Origin: Vezdaea acicularis
Taxonomy: Eukaryota
Length of the DNA stretch: 64,000 nucleotides
Direction: 5' to 3'
Assembly (NCBI GenBank): GCA_026025075.1
Contig: JAPEUI010000031.1
Coordinates: 62,001 to 126,000, forward strand
Below are positions 11,688-25,572 of this stretch, one piece after another. The stretch's first letter is position 1. Each line of letters starts with the position of its first letter. Position numbers and translations under genes: made by a program. The notes below the pieces were generated by a model that was given only the letters and a program-made list of their open reading frames with translations, did not search any database and had not been told where the DNA came from.

Positions 11688-11717
11688 GTCGCGTCTGTTT
11701 TATTTAGGCGACGCGAC
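11688..11717. promoter_or_regulatory. Inverted pair of MCB-like elements upstream of ELG1
   Basis: GTCGCGTC (11688-11695) and its reverse complement GACGCGAC (11710-11717). ACGCG cores ahead of an S-phase gene. Confidence 0.5.
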
Positions 11718-11881
11718 TTAGTGCCCGCACCCCACTAAAGACAAAATTTGGGTTAGCGCACTTTTCAGGCTGATTCCGCCGGGCCACTTTTATGATACCG
11801 AAATCATAATTCTATCTCCGATGTTCAAGCTATACTTTACCTTATGCTCTAGCACCCATCGCGGTCATATGTACAGTGGAG

Positions 11882-14849
11882 ATGTTGTCTAAAATTAATA
11901 TCCAGAATCCGATAACCATTGCAAAGCTCCCCCAACCACTCAACAGAGAAACGGGCAAGGTCCAGTTTGGAGATGTTTGGACTCAGGTAGCGGGTAAGAA
12001 GAGGAAACGACACGAGATCGCTGTGGCCATTGACGGCGAGGGCATTAATGTCTATAATGTATATAAGTCCATTGGACAGACTCCCAATTAGCCAATCTAG
12101 GGCTAAGCACTATTCTTAGGTCGCCACACCATCTCTGGTTGCAACATACCCCACAGCCCCGCAAGCAGTCTTTACTTGTGGTCCATGCTCAACTCGACAC
12201 CGGATCGATAATGACTCGCCAGCTTTGCGAAGGACATACGCTTCAGTTCGCAGTGGATCTCGCAGCGAGGTAATTTGCTACACGGAAGCGTGTTCGACGA
12301 AGTCAAAGAGAGGTCCTAGCGAACTATTGGTGACCAAAGTCTCCATTGACGAGGACAAGCCTCCCATCGTCCACCTTGAAACATTGAATCCAGGCAAAAG
12401 AGCTCACAATGGCTCCCGATATCTCGACTTACTCTGTATCTACGAGAATGGAGAGCTGAGATGCTTGACTGAAAATCTCGGCACAGAATTATGGAGAGCT
12501 TCATTGTCCGATGTAATTGGTAGAAATGACCTCGGGCAAGAGGAGAAGACGAAAGAGATAGTCGAATATGTTACTACGGTGGACGCAAATAAAGTTCATG
12601 AAGGGCTATTGAGCAAGAGACATGACGTGCAGACATTACTAAGGGACGACTCTTCTCACACACCATCTCTTCTACTTCTAGTAACACGCCAGCTAGATAG
12701 AAGATCTAACGTTAAGCAGGAAAGAATGATTTACCTCTCGATCGTGCAATCCGCGGCAAGTGATAGTCACCAGACGGGACAGTCTGGTAGGCTCATATAC
12801 CCGATCATGGCGACGGTCCTATCGACACCATCCGATGATTTACAATCCTCAAATTCGAATAGCTTATTCGCAATGGACTTCACGTCCGGCCAGCTCCGAC
12901 TCCTTACGGATGACAATGTGACCACATATGATCTGAACGATACTACACCTGTACTGCTCTCCAAATTACCTTTTCATCAACGGAAGGCGTCCTCGTTTAT
13001 CAATATCACCCCCAGTCTAGTAATGTGTGCTTCTCAAAAAGTGCTCAAAGTTTACGATGCTACTTATAATACATTACAAGCATCAAATTATATGGACAAC
13101 CTTTCTGATGCCCCCTCTGAGAAGAATCCAGAATCAAGTCAAGATCAGGACCTTACACTATACTCAAATAGTTCGATCAAACTGTTGTCTTATTTTCGAA
13201 AGTCTGGATTGGCTGTTGCCTTTAGTGATGGCAACATGGTTGCATTCCAAATAGAAGGCGTACCCCGAAAGTATGACGGCCATCTAGTCCGAGCTGATAA
13301 TAGCCGATTGATTGAGTCGATAGGTCGGGGCGTAAACTCATCCGAGCCACAGGTTGGGAGTTTGGAGAGATTAGCCAGGGAGGGTAACGTGCAAGAATTC
13401 GAAGTTATTTTCTCTAAAGAGGTGGGGATTGTTATAGGAGAAGTCAGCTCGAATTCTTCAAGTACAGCGCAAACTGCGCACAGTCCCAGGCGCAACATGG
13501 CCCCATCTGAGGTGAATGGATGGGAGCTCATTAAGGATGACCCCGATATTCCTGCTTTGGAAAGATCTGGAATTAACGGTGGCTCACAGAAAAGTAAAAC
13601 CAAAGTGGTTGATATGCTTCCACAGGAATGGGAATGGCCTAATCCTGGCGACAAGAACGATTACTTAGCTACAGCAGTAGCCAAGCAGTCTTTGGTTGAC
13701 ATAGCTCTCGCAGTTATATTCGGAAGAGCACGAACAAATTCGGATACAAATGGACAAGGGTCTCTCCTTTTAAAGAGGGGTCAGCCTTCGAAGCTCATGT
13801 TCCGATTCTTCCCTCCAAATGTAGTCCATTGGCTCCTCCAGTCTGGCTCTATCTCGAAGTTGCGGATAGAAAGGGTACTCGATCAACACAACAATGGCAA
13901 CAACATTGGCGGACCTTTAGCCAACGGCGAGCTGATCAGAGCATTCCTCGACTACGATCCTTCCTTTAATTGGTTGCTGTCGCTCCTATCAAGTCCTGTC
14001 TATCTTGATAGTAGTGAGATAGTGCATGCGGTGAAGTACCTCGTGTGCTCCTTTCGTAGCGCCACGGGCTCTCAAGATTTTGAAGTGTACTCGCATTCCG
14101 ATGGCAACCAACATCTGGTAAATGGTGGCCTTGAAGACGCGGTTGCGCAAGAACAGAGCGCCGCCGAGGAGGAATTGAACATTGCACTTTGGGCTCTTGA
14201 ATCCAACACAGGCATTAAAGAGCAAGCCTTGAGCTTAGCATTGACTAAGCTTAATACCTTCTCTCCTTCCTTGATAACCCAAGCTCTAAGAACGGAGCTT
14301 AGCAAGGACGAGATAATCGAGGTCGTCCAGCTTTTGCGTATGCAGCTCGCAGGAGGCGGCTGGATATCCTTGTACCACTATGCATTTGAACAAGTGGATC
14401 TTGCCGTGGATCACGAACCATCCGAACAGCATATTACGATTATCAGCAACTTACTAAACTGTGCGTTGGATAGCATTGGGATTGGAGGATGGGTATTTGG
14501 GGATCCCTTGGCTGAGGAGCGCGAAATGTTAGACGATCTTATCCCGTCACTGAAGTCTGAGATCTCAGCAGCTTTGGAAGGGGTAGAAGAGGCGACATAT
14601 CTCAAAGGTATCATGGACCAATTCCTGCTCTATAGTCGATCTGTATCCGCTGCTTCATTTAAGAGGGAATTGCCTACACTCAGACCTGAAGCTTTGGCAA
14701 TGTTGCCCCTGAGCCTGAAGGCAGAAGAAGATGTCCCAAAGTCGAAGACGTTGCCTGACGGGACAGTCTTAGAAAGATCTGTAAGAGATATCAAGAGGCT
14801 AAAGAGTATGCAAATTGGCGAGTATACCCGCGAGAGCATATTTATGTAG
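11882..14849 (+). CDS. UTP8: Utp8-like U3 snoRNP / UTP-A subunit
   Basis: Exon 1 11882-12058 (KKRKRHEIAVAIDGEGINVYN), intron 12059-12119, exon 2 in frame with ORF 12225. C-terminus LKSMQIGEYTRESI resembles filamentous-fungal Utp8. Confidence 0.7.
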
Positions 14850-15090
14850 CAAAGATTTCCCTTTACACAGACCGAGAAGCCTATGCACTAAATGCAAGAT
14901 GATGTACAGCCTGTGAACGAGCGAACTTCCCTTAAAGCTACTCGTCTGACTCCTCAAAATTTAGTTGCTATTTTTACAAGATAACCTCTATCGCGCTGTT
15001 CGCCTTGTAAAACAGGGCACGCCAGCTGTATCTCTTCAAGGTATGCTTAACCTGAGATGGTGCATGTGAATTCGGTCACCAAAGTTGTAA

Positions 15091-16144
15091 TCAGCTATCC
15101 CCCTGAAACAGTCTCCTGAGCCAGCTCCTCTTCGATGGCTCCTCTGCTTTGTTGAGTTCCTCAGATTGCACTGAAACTTCAGACTCATCTGCTATATATC
15201 CCTCGAGGCGTTGATTCCGCCGCGCATGCCAAGCCAACACAAAATCAATCGATGGCTGTCCTTCCCGGGTCCTGAGTAGCTGTCGCTCCTTTTCGTCATT
15301 AAGTAACTTCGTCTCCTCTTCAGTAATCTCCTCTGCTGGCTTTTCTGGTGGGGGCTTTAGATAAAAGTTCTCGGGAGGCAAAGGCGCATTATGGCGGTAT
15401 TTCTTATATCTTTGGAGTGCCCAGAGATTTTGCTCTTTGTTCTCCAAGTCGAATTTGAACATCACACCATGACAGACAGCATTAGGCCACTCTTTAGCAT
15501 AGTTGGCGTCATCCAGATTCCGCCAGTCAATACCCACCCCATTGAGGCTTTCTATTCGCGGCCAGCCTATTGTCTGTTTTGAAAGGCGCTTGTCAAACTT
15601 GTACTTTCGCTTTCGTGACCATTTGCCTTCTGCCTCTTCTTGTTGCGCTTTGAGAACAGCAGCCATATCGGCTATGGCATTCGCTTTCTGGTCCATGAGC
15701 ACTCTTGCTCGTTTCTTGCGTTCTAGTAAAGGAGAAAGTGGATCATCTGGGTCTGTACGGATGGTTGAGATCGGATAGGCGTATTCATGAAGTCTCTTGT
15801 ATTCCCGTAGCTTATGATATGCTAGGAGGCCTTGGAAGGGTTGGGGAAAGTATAGCGTCGCGAGCGGCTGCCACATGTCTTTTCGGAGGGCTCGGGGGAC
15901 CGTCTTCTTCCCAACGAAGGGAATTTGTCTGAGCGCTTCATTATTCTGCAATCTCATTAGCTTGCCGTCATTATGAAGCGGAATGCTAATAGCGATATCG
16001 TACCTTCAAAGTAGATCGCAGTGAGTAGACAATTTGGTTGGTTTGAATGTGACTGTAAACAAATATATTGCGGCCGAGCTCAATCACGGACTTCTGTCCA
16101 TTCCTCTCGATCTGCTTCACAACAGGCGCAAAGACCTGCGACAT
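15091..16144 (-). CDS. MHR1: Mitochondrial ribosomal protein mL67 / Mhr1
   Basis: Exon 1 16144-16004 (GRNIFVYSHIQTNQIVYSL), intron 16003-15946, exon 2 (GKKTVPRALRKDMWQP; YHKLREYKRLHE; LMDQKANAIADMAAVL). Confidence 0.9.
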
Positions 16145-16462
16145 CACATCAAGTGGTTGAGTAGGGAAAGAACATCTGATGAATGGCCGAGACAAGACTG
16201 ATTGACCAAGAAAAAAAACCGACGGTGTGCAGTCCTGAGGAGTAGGAATTTATTCATGATGTCGCGAACTTTCGAACCAAGGGTCCCGGTTACCGAATAG
16301 GAATAGTACATTATTTTGCAGCTCTCACTTTGATGAAGCATAGACCTGATGTTGTCATGAGAAAGCAAACTATTATATTTGCAACATCTGCCATATGTTG
16401 TAAAGTCTCGGTCAACCTGCATTTACAAATGATCTTTGCACCATCGCGGTCAATGGTTCTCA

Positions 16463-18654
16463 ATGCCGCGTGACGAAGAACCGAATGGCACTGTCATCTC
16501 TGCCCTTGAAGGGCGCCAGAGACCCTTCCTCTTACCCTATGTAAGTTCAACAGTGCGTCAGCCTATTAGAAAACCCCTGCTGGTCAGAAAAAAACAGTAA
16601 ACAGGAATATCCTATACTTTATGGCAGAATTTTGACAGCATCTAGAACAGAAGGCTTCGTCACCTCCTAGGCATAACCCTCCGCAATCTTTCCCTTGATC
16701 CTCCCTCCTCAAGTCGGAAGACCAGATCGACCGACGATGAATCCATAATATTGACATGGAAATCTCCGGGAAAGCTGTTAGCTCAGCGCTCTATTCCGCG
16801 GCTTGAACACTCCCGCTCGTCGGCAGATCTCTCGCGCGAAGCAACCAAACAGGACGGTTCACCCACCAAGCCAGGTGGATCAGCTACTGAAGGGGTGCAG
16901 ACACGGCCGCTCAATAGTAGGCTTAGGAGGAGAAGCACTCTCAACTGGGTAGGGGCAAGCCCTGGAGCACGCCAGAAGAAGCTCGAAGATGTTGTTAGTT
17001 CACATATGGCGGACACATTCTTTTCGATTCATTGTGAAGGTATTGAAGGTGCGAACATGGGCTCTTGCATTATTTCAGGACATTCCAACGGCTAAGTCTA
17101 ATTTCTTCAGTGCCTATCTATGTGAGCGAGGTTATCCCGAAGGCTATGGTAACGGTTCCATGAATCCACATGAACGGCACATGCTAAGACCCCATTTAGA
17201 ACCCGAACTTCCGCTTCTTCGACCTTAACTCATGGGGGCCATATGTCACAAGGCAAGATGAGTTAACAGTCAGGTTCTGGGTGAAGAGCGATAACATGGA
17301 TGATTTCGTCTTCCTAATCGAACTCAAACTGAGCCTTCGATCTCTCCTGTACATGGGGAAGTCGGTGAGTCTCCTATGTGGTATACATGTGAAACTAAAT
17401 TAATGAGAAACTTAGCTAGCAAATTTCCACCATCCTCTCCCTAAGAATTGTATCATTTTCCATTTGCCTGATGGTGTCTACACAAATTTAACAGATATGC
17501 CACCTGAGGAACCGCCCGTACCATTGTCAATAGATATACCCCTGAGCATCGCCGATCACACAGAATCGACATCAACTTTTGATCAACTAATGCGTCTGTC
17601 CACATTAGATGACTGCGTTCAGGATGCCTTAGCAACAAGGGCCAAGATAGCTGCCCAGATCGAAGCTATCTTAGACCATACAACCGAAGGGCGAGGCCTA
17701 GAGGCTGAAGCTGCGGTAGCTCAAGCGAGACTCCTTGAAACACAGACTGCTGTAGAGAGTCAACGTGTGACTAATCTTAGAGCCCATGAGGCGCGAATTA
17801 AGGCTGCCGCGAGCATTAAGGCTCGTCGAGAAGCCATAGTAAGAGGTCGAGGAGCTCAAAAACGTGCGCAAGTCTACCTCACAGAGGCTGCTGAGAAGCT
17901 CAGGGACAACCGTATTCCACTCCAGAAAATAAACGAAGATATCACTGGTCAAAGAAGGCGGATCTGTGAAGACCTGTCAGAAATCTATCCAATTGAACCT
18001 ATTATGGGCCAACCCCTCCATTTCAAAATTCGAGGTCTTCGATTGCCAAACTCCAAATTTGAAGGCGTCAACGACGAAGAAGTCTCTGCTGCCCTCGGGC
18101 ACGTCGCGCACGTCGTAATTCAACTACAAGCCTACCTCTCGATACCCCTCATATACCCTGTCAAGATGGAATCATCTACGTCATATATCCAGGATCCTAT
18201 AGCTGTCATGTCCGGTTCCCGCACATTCCCACTGTACATGAGAAATTCTGTGCCGTATCGATTCGAGTACGGTGTATTTTTACTGAATAAGAACATCGAG
18301 TCACTAATGAGTAGACACAGCTTGAAGGCGTTAGACATCCGGCACACGCTACCGAATCTAAAGTACCTTCTTTATGTTCTGACAGCTGGGACTGGCGACA
18401 TGCCCGCGCGAAAATCTGGAGGCGTGAGAGCGCTACTGGTGGGAAAGGGCACACCTCCTGTATTATCGAGAGAGAGTAGTCAGGATAGGGGGTTAACTCC
18501 TATGTTACAAATATCAGAAGAGGGACGAGAAATAAACGAGAGCATGGGCGGCGCAAATGGGAAAGGCACAGCGACAGGCGCTAATGCCTTTTTAGCACGA
18601 TCGAATTCTCCAATACCAACTTCAACGACGAGCGCACTACGGCAGGTTTTCTGA
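16463..18654 (+). CDS. VPS38: UVRAG/Vps38 subunit of PI3-kinase complex II (about 4 introns)
   Basis: RPFLLPY|NRRLRHLLGITLRNL N-terminus, C2-like region (YVSEVI..MNPNFRFFDL), coiled coil, and AALGHVAH..YP / FPLY..YRFEYGVFLLNKNIE..DIRHTLPNL. Intron donors at 16541 and near 17049, 17149 and 17365. Confidence 0.85.
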
Positions 18655-18936
18655 GCCTAGCATTGTTAGTTTGATGGTACTGTCATTCTGTCCAGAATTA
18701 ATCAGGTCGTTCAATTAGATATTTATGAGATCTGGAATATTGCCGTGATGCTTGAAGACAGGAACAGAGGAAACAAAGAGACATATTCCAAAGTCTGTTA
18801 AAGCCTAGTTCAAACCCCAGAAGTGACCGGCAATGCCGCGTGATGATCCAATGACAGCCGGTTTATGCTGATGAATGAACGAGGTCGCTACATTAATGTG
18901 ATCCTGTTCCTAGGCATTCTCTTTACAATACTACCT

Positions 18937-20493
18937 CTACATGCCCTTCGCTGTCCCGTTCGCGCTTTCTTTGACCGCGTCTGCGTACGATTCTCCCTCG
19001 TGTGGTACAGGCTCTCCATTCACGAGTAGTTTCACATCTGAGCGGACTGGCCTTACCTCTTCCTCCTCCTCATCATCTTCATTGTCGCTTCGCTCATCCG
19101 TTATGTAGCTGGAGAAGACATAGTTCCTGGCTATCTTCAGTATTAAGAAAAGCCAGAACAGATTAACGGCTTGGAGGCTAGCGAGTAAAGAGAATGTGAT
19201 AACCTGTGCTATCCAGCACTTGTATTGTTGAGTCTCCCAGTTAAGTTCGAATGGGCCAACCGTGCGGAACTCGGTCAATATTGACCACAGAATACTAAGG
19301 TTGATGTAGTGACGCAAATATATCCAGATGCCGACAAACATTGCAAAATATGGCCCCACGATACTCGAGTCGAGATAATGAAGGGTTTTAGAAGTCTGCA
19401 TGTCCTTAGATTGATGTTACCAAAATGATTGCAGGGTCATCACTTACCGCGAGGAAGAAATCACTAATATCATGCGTTATGTAGACCGCAAGACCCATAT
19501 ATGTAAAATGAAACCGGTAACTGAGCCCAATAAGGGCCAGAGTGATGATGTGATGACCAACGAGCTCTTTGAAGTCTTTTCGTGGCTTTTCCAACTGTAG
19601 CAATAACACGATAGCCTGCTGAGCCCAGTAACACGCCTCTAGGAGGTAGTATGCTTTGAAACTAGCAGTATGGCTCCTATGTGGGAAGTCTTCGTAGAAG
19701 GCAGTAGTGTTGAAATACCACATTGGCGTCTGCTTCATCACATAGAGACCCCATGGCCCAAAAACGGCGAAGTACATAGCGGTGTACATCTGCTCCATAA
19801 ACCGGGATTGCTTCGCTCGACCCTTAATCCCAGCCGTCATAGCTAGTGGGCGGAGGACTCTTTGCATAATGAACTCGCGTATAAATGAAAGAACGACAAT
19901 GTAGAACGCAACAAAGGCAAAGTCCAGAGGGCCCTTGCCATACTGAACCGGGGCTGAGGGATTGTTACCGGCTTGGAGCGACAGAGGATATGAGAGGAAG
20001 AGGGCTGAGTGAACCGGATTTGAATGTGATGGGTTGATGGAATATGCAGAAAGCACAAGCAGGATCACAATCAGAGGATTCACCCATGTATGTCGTAAGG
20101 AGAGATCTTTCCAACGCCGAAGGAGGCTGCGTGCCTTACGTCGCTGACTTGATAGAGGTCGGTGCTTTGAAGATTTTGGCTACGAGAGGTACATTTAGCT
20201 AAGCGCACCTGTATAGCCGTTTAGGACTCAACATTGAGGGTATAACTTACTGAAGATGATGTGAGAGGGGAAAGGGGTGTCTGAGAATTCAATGTTGAGA
20301 CGGCTGGCGCCCCGGTATCCCCTCTTAATTCCCCCCCAAGACCACTTGATTTTCGCCGCCGCCTTATCGAGTCACTACCAGAGGAAACGCCGCCTTTATG
20401 TTTTTCATTGTGTCCAAGATCTTTTCGATTCCTCGAGCTTTCCCGCGAGAGGGGAGGGAACGGTTCAGCTTCAGTAGTTGCCGTTGCTGCCAT
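18937..20493 (-). CDS. LAC1: Ceramide synthase, Lag1/Lac1 TLC family (2 introns)
   Basis: Lag1 motif [48 protein letters not shown], plus YLRHYINL and DERSD acidic tail. GTAAGT donors near 20250 and 19447. Confidence 0.93.
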
Positions 20494-21857
20494 TGCGGGC
20501 TAGCGAGACTTGAAGAGATTATTCGAGCTGAGCAAAGCTGATGGCAAGTCCACGAAAGACGAGGCTCATTCTCAGATGCAAAATGCCGTTTATCTGATCG
20601 CACTGATGGAGACACGGACCTGTTGCATGTCTGGTATGATTATTACGGCACAGCTCTGAAGCGTCGGCATTGCTGACTGGATGAACTCCGGCAAATTATA
20701 TATGGCCCCTTCCGGTTAGTCCGGGGAAGCGAAGCCTAACCCATATCGAATTTATCATGTTCCGGATTGTTCCGGATATGCTAATCTCTATAATCGCATG
20801 TCGCCCCCCTTCACAACGGGAGGATGACCTATTTACCAGTTTGGAAATGACGATCATAGCTTGAAGTATCTATGAGCTTCATATAGTTATACCTAATTGA
20901 ATGGATGAATCACATTGGCACTACGTGCGTGATGTTCAGATTGCATCACCGGGCAAATGCGGGGGCCATTCTACTACAGCACAATTTCTAGGTACAATGC
21001 AACAAAACGTCTTGCAACAAAACTAGTTATCTTCTCCTTTTTCTCTCTTTCCTTCGAAGTTTAACAACTATTCTACTTTCAATAGTCCAGTCCAGCCGGT
21101 GACTGGTGGAAGTCTTCCTATTTTGCCGTCCGGCTTTAGCCTACAAACGTGGCCGTGCCAAAGTTGGAGTTGCCAGGCCAGAATATTAGACCATCTTGAT
21201 ATATCGAAGAGCTCTATGCTATCCCATGGCCGTACTTCTAAGCCGGCAACCTTACCATGGGCATGAGGACCGCCCAGATTCCATCTATCGAGTTACTCCG
21301 ACAGTCCTAGCCGATTTTTTTGTTATCATGCATCCACCCTTTCGTCTTTGTAGATCATTAATGCCAAATGATTAGGCCTTCAGCTATTCCTAGAAACATT
21401 TCAAGTTCAGCTTCAAGTTTATGAGATGGGATTGGGAGTCAAAGATGCGACACGATGACTACCGGCCTGAGGTAAATGTCTTCAGTACTACTTGATCATG
21501 GTATACCAGTCATGATAAACCTGTGACACATCAGTTGTCATATTCTTAATGGTGTTTGGCAGGTGGTAGTAAAAATTTAGAGGAAAATCGCGTTATCGTG
21601 ACGCTAGAATGTCGTTGCCGATCTAGACTACCTGCTCGGGCTCACCGGGTGCACTTCGGCTTGTTATATTCTCCGGAGTGTCCTTTGCCATTGGTGTTCT
21701 GCTACGTCTCATGAAAAGCTTGGTTTCTGCACCAACAGATGGTTAAATCGTCGCAGTACGGAGCGCAACTGGTAAAGCTCCTTCCGTAATCATGACCCTC
21801 TTGGGCATGCGGAGCCTTTCTTCTTTCTCTCGACATCACAAAAACGGTAGATCTAAG

Positions 21858-22949
21858 ATGAACTATCGTCGTGTAGCCTGCACACACACCACAGTCACTC
21901 GTATCTATGGGGCTCACAAATGTTACATTTGCCAAAAGTATCCCGGCTTTGGCTGGGTCTATATGTGCACTCAAGACGATGAACTCACGTCCCCCACGGT
22001 CCCGACTTTAACCAGCTTTTCGGTTCACGGAAGCACTGACGCTTTAGACAATATTTTGCTTGAGCCTCGACCAGAATCAAGGCTTTCGCGATCGGATGTA
22101 TCATTTCCTAGTTTTAGCAATATGGACAATTTGTTGGAGGGGGACATGGACATACAATCATTGAAGACCAAGATCTCAAAGGAGACTCTCTACAGTTTTG
22201 ACCAACTGGAAATCTTGCAGCAGCAAAAGAGAAATGTTCAAACTGCTATTGCAACAGCCGAGTTCAAAGATCACAACCTAGATAACTCCATTCCTCAGCC
22301 TGCTCGAAGCTTCACCCTGGATCATGGTGGTTTCTGGGTGACAGAAAAATCTGGCAAAAAATGGCCTATCCCGTGTAGGTTCAAGTGCTGCCATCGGTGT
22401 CGCCCGTCTTATATGGATCGTGCTTGGGAGCATCTGGACGAGGTCCTTTCTGGTAGTTTCAAGGAGTCAAATGCATGGGAAGCTCAGTGTGGGCCTCCAC
22501 TCTCGAATGCTCGGCTTGTTCAGACACTCGGCACTCGTCCTGAGCCTAAGCGATTCATGCAAGACTTTGACTTGTACGCCTCAGACAGCAGTGAAGATGG
22601 AGCTATGGAGGATGTAGCTTCCAGGGTCGGACGTTTTCGAGCTGGGCTCACAAAAGCTTTCAAGAATATGGTGACTTCTCCCCAGCGAGATTTAGTCCAA
22701 GAGTGCCAACCTCTGCATAAGCAGCTCCCACCTCTCCCGGAAGAAAGCACGGATAATCTCGATATTGCGAAATGGAAAAGGTTCAATGAGGAAACCCTAG
22801 CTGAGGCATCTGTAGTTCCTTTGCCAGGTAGAGATGGAGAAGATGAACTTGAAGGATTTGGCCGAGACGCAATCCTGGTTGGAGGAGGCTTTGCGATGAC
22901 GGAGGAGGCTCTGGAAGAAATGGCACCAAATATCATCACTCAGGCCTGA
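21858..22949 (+). CDS. Fungal hypothetical protein with two Cys clusters
   Basis: Long intronless ORF with CTH..CYIC..GWVYMCTQD and CRFKCCHRCRP. Start is ATG 21858 (or 21792). Confidence 0.65.
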   Translation: MNYRRVACTHTTVTRIYGAHKCYICQKYPGFGWVYMCTQDDELTSPTVPTLTSFSVHGSTDALDNILLEPRPESRLSRSDVSFPSFSNMDNLLEGDMDIQSLKTKISKETLYSFDQLEILQQQKRNVQTAIATAEFKDHNLDNSIPQPARSFTLDHGGFWVTEKSGKKWPIPCRFKCCHRCRPSYMDRAWEHLDEVLSGSFKESNAWEAQCGPPLSNARLVQTLGTRPEPKRFMQDFDLYASDSSEDGAMEDVASRVGRFRAGLTKAFKNMVTSPQRDLVQECQPLHKQLPPLPEESTDNLDIAKWKRFNEETLAEASVVPLPGRDGEDELEGFGRDAILVGGGFAMTEEALEEMAPNIITQA

Positions 22950-24127
22950 GACATAACAAGCCGTCTTGCTTTTACTGGTATGGGTGAGGACAGATATATG
23001 GAGGACTCTGTTGAGCTAAGAGCTTCTCGGACTCAAGCAAGGCTTTCTGAATGTCTTTAGAGACGTATCTTGATCTGTACGACATCCAAGTAGCATCGAA
23101 AGTCAGTAATCAATTGTCATCCTAGCCATGAACTAATTAAGTCGCCTTTGCTCACAACGCGCAATACTTTCCACACGTATATTGTTCCTTTGCCTTCACT
23201 TAGCGCTGTCTGCCTCACATCTCCCAAGGCGCCAGTTTTCAACCGACCCTACTCATCACCTGTCCATGTTGCGAAATGTACGGTCGACCCCTGAAACCCT
23301 TAGTATTCCCCTACAACTTGTTAACCCCACCCAACCCACACAAGAAGAGCCATGATGTACACTACACCTCCCATCAAGACATAGAAACCCCCTTTATCCC
23401 AAGCGACCAACCTCTCCTCTCATCCCTGCAAGAAAGGAAGAGAAAATCCAGCGAGAGGGAACCCCCCTCACCCGACCCCTAGCCCAAGCACGTCAAGGAC
23501 CCGACAAAGCATCCACACAATCAACCATCCCGATTTCCCAAAGCGCCGACCCAAAGAACTCCGAAGGATCGGCTTCCCTGCATCAGCAGGGGGGGGAACG
23601 TTATCCGGTATGTGGCAGTTCGGTAAGGAATCCTGGCGGGCGCCAAGATAAGACATGCAGTTTTGGAACGCTTAAATCTTACGATACGGCGGGTTGATGG
23701 AGCGCTTGGTCAGCTCTGGGGATTGGTGTTTTCATACGAGGGGGTTGCTGGTGAGTTTGGGATGGGTGGCTTGATGGCTCGTGGGTGTGATTCGTGGGAG
23801 CTGGATAGTCCTTGATGGATTTTTGTAAAGGGGTTTGCTCGGAGGGCGTAATCTGGGCATGCACTTAATTCTATCAACTTAAGATCGATTGTACAGGTGA
23901 AGGTATCGATTGCTCAAGCTAAAGCGGCCAGCACAAATACTCTATAGAGAAATAAACACCCCTTTTGCACAGTTCATGGTTCCGGCCATATCATCCTTCC
24001 CATTTGTAACGACGATGTACGTTGTAGGCAGGCTAACCGCGCCAGCGCGGATGACCAAGGTACTCCTACGCTTGCTGATACGACCTGGCCTGGCAGGTTA
24101 TGATATAATATTCAGGCTAGTGTCTCC

Positions 24128-25572
24128 TCATAGACTGTCGCAGGATCCAGACTGTTTTGTGTGACTACGAGAATGCCCTGTTGATGTACTGGCAGTAGAG
24201 GCGGCTGACTGACTGGCAGCAGATGTGATTGGCTGACCACCAGCGGATCGCGATGGTTGGCCACCGATGGGGGAATCTGTCGACTCGCTGGCAGTAGAGG
24301 TTGCTGACTGAGAGGCGGCGGAGACCGTTGTCTGGCTCATGGCAGGCTGTGAAGATACGCCAGCAGCAGATACTGGTGGTGGCGGCGGCTGGCCAGCAGC
24401 ATTTTTGCTCGCAAGCTTCGCGATGGGACCATTCAGGCCGATATCCTCTTCATAGGTAGCAGGGTGCATCAGGGTCTGTTGGCTTGGGGAGTTTTTTGCT
24501 TTGTCGCCATGGGTGATGGAGCAACCCGGGTCATCCACTGAAAACTCACCACTGCATGTTGCGAACGCGTCCTGGAGAGCGTTAAGGTCCGTCCATCCGT
24601 TGATGAAATCCCCATGAAGCCCGTAGCCAGTAGTGTCACCATTGGCCCACACAAACTTGTTGTAGTCAGTGTACTTGCTAGTGTCAAAACCAAATTCAAA
24701 AAAGACTGAGAGGATCGAAACCGGATGGCTCTGTGGACACATGCCGCCATCAAAGCCTTGGATGGGATAAGTAACCTAGTTATGTTTAGCAACTGCTATC
24801 AAGGTGGATCTGATTCAGACTTACGTGGCTAGTATGATCCGGTGGAGCAACGTCACCGCCGGTCCAGCACGAAGGAAAATAGATCTGTGCTCTCAACATG
24901 TTGCAGTGTTGCGTCGGAAAGGTGTTAGTCTGACCCTTGGAGTCACACATATAAGTGATTGCTTGCTGAGCGGGATCAGACTGGTTGAACGTGCTGATAT
25001 ACCAAGCAAATTAGTCAATATTGATGAATGTCAAAGAGTGAATGCACTAACCGTCTGTCCGTATCTCCGGCGATCATTCTGAATCCATCCTTGAAAGCAA
25101 GGGCCACCTTGCTCCTATCGCAATAGGTCTTGCCTGGAGTATAATCGCAAGCACGATTTTGATAGTAGGTGGCCTAGAAGAAAACGATATTACTATCGTC
25201 GCTCACAAAACCGCGTTTGAAGATGCTACTCACCGATCCCGAGATAGGAACCATTTCATACATCCCGTCAGATCGGATATGGTATAGCTGAGGAATCCAG
25301 TAGTTGCTGCGATCAATGTTCTTGTCACATGTCGTTCCTGTAGCACCCAGTGCATCTGCTGGGCCCATGCTTCGACTGAAAGCATTTCCACCCACGACCA
25401 AATGAGCATGGTTGGCCAGCACACCAGGGCTGACTATCGGATCGGATTGTTGGCGGGTCAAGATTTGGCAATTGACAGTGAAAGTATCATTCACAGGCCC
25501 GGCCTCGACATGGCTCATCAAAGAGAGCAGGAAAAGAGAGAATTGAAAAGCACAGCCGCGTTGGTACATCAT
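24128..25572 (-). CDS. Secreted DUF1996-domain protein with Ser/Thr-rich tail (about 3 introns)
   Basis: Signal-peptide-like N-terminus. Motifs SDPIVSPG..HAHLVVGG, TTC..DRSNYWIPQLY, CPQSHPV, ANGDTTGYGLHGDFINGW. Confidence 0.85.
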
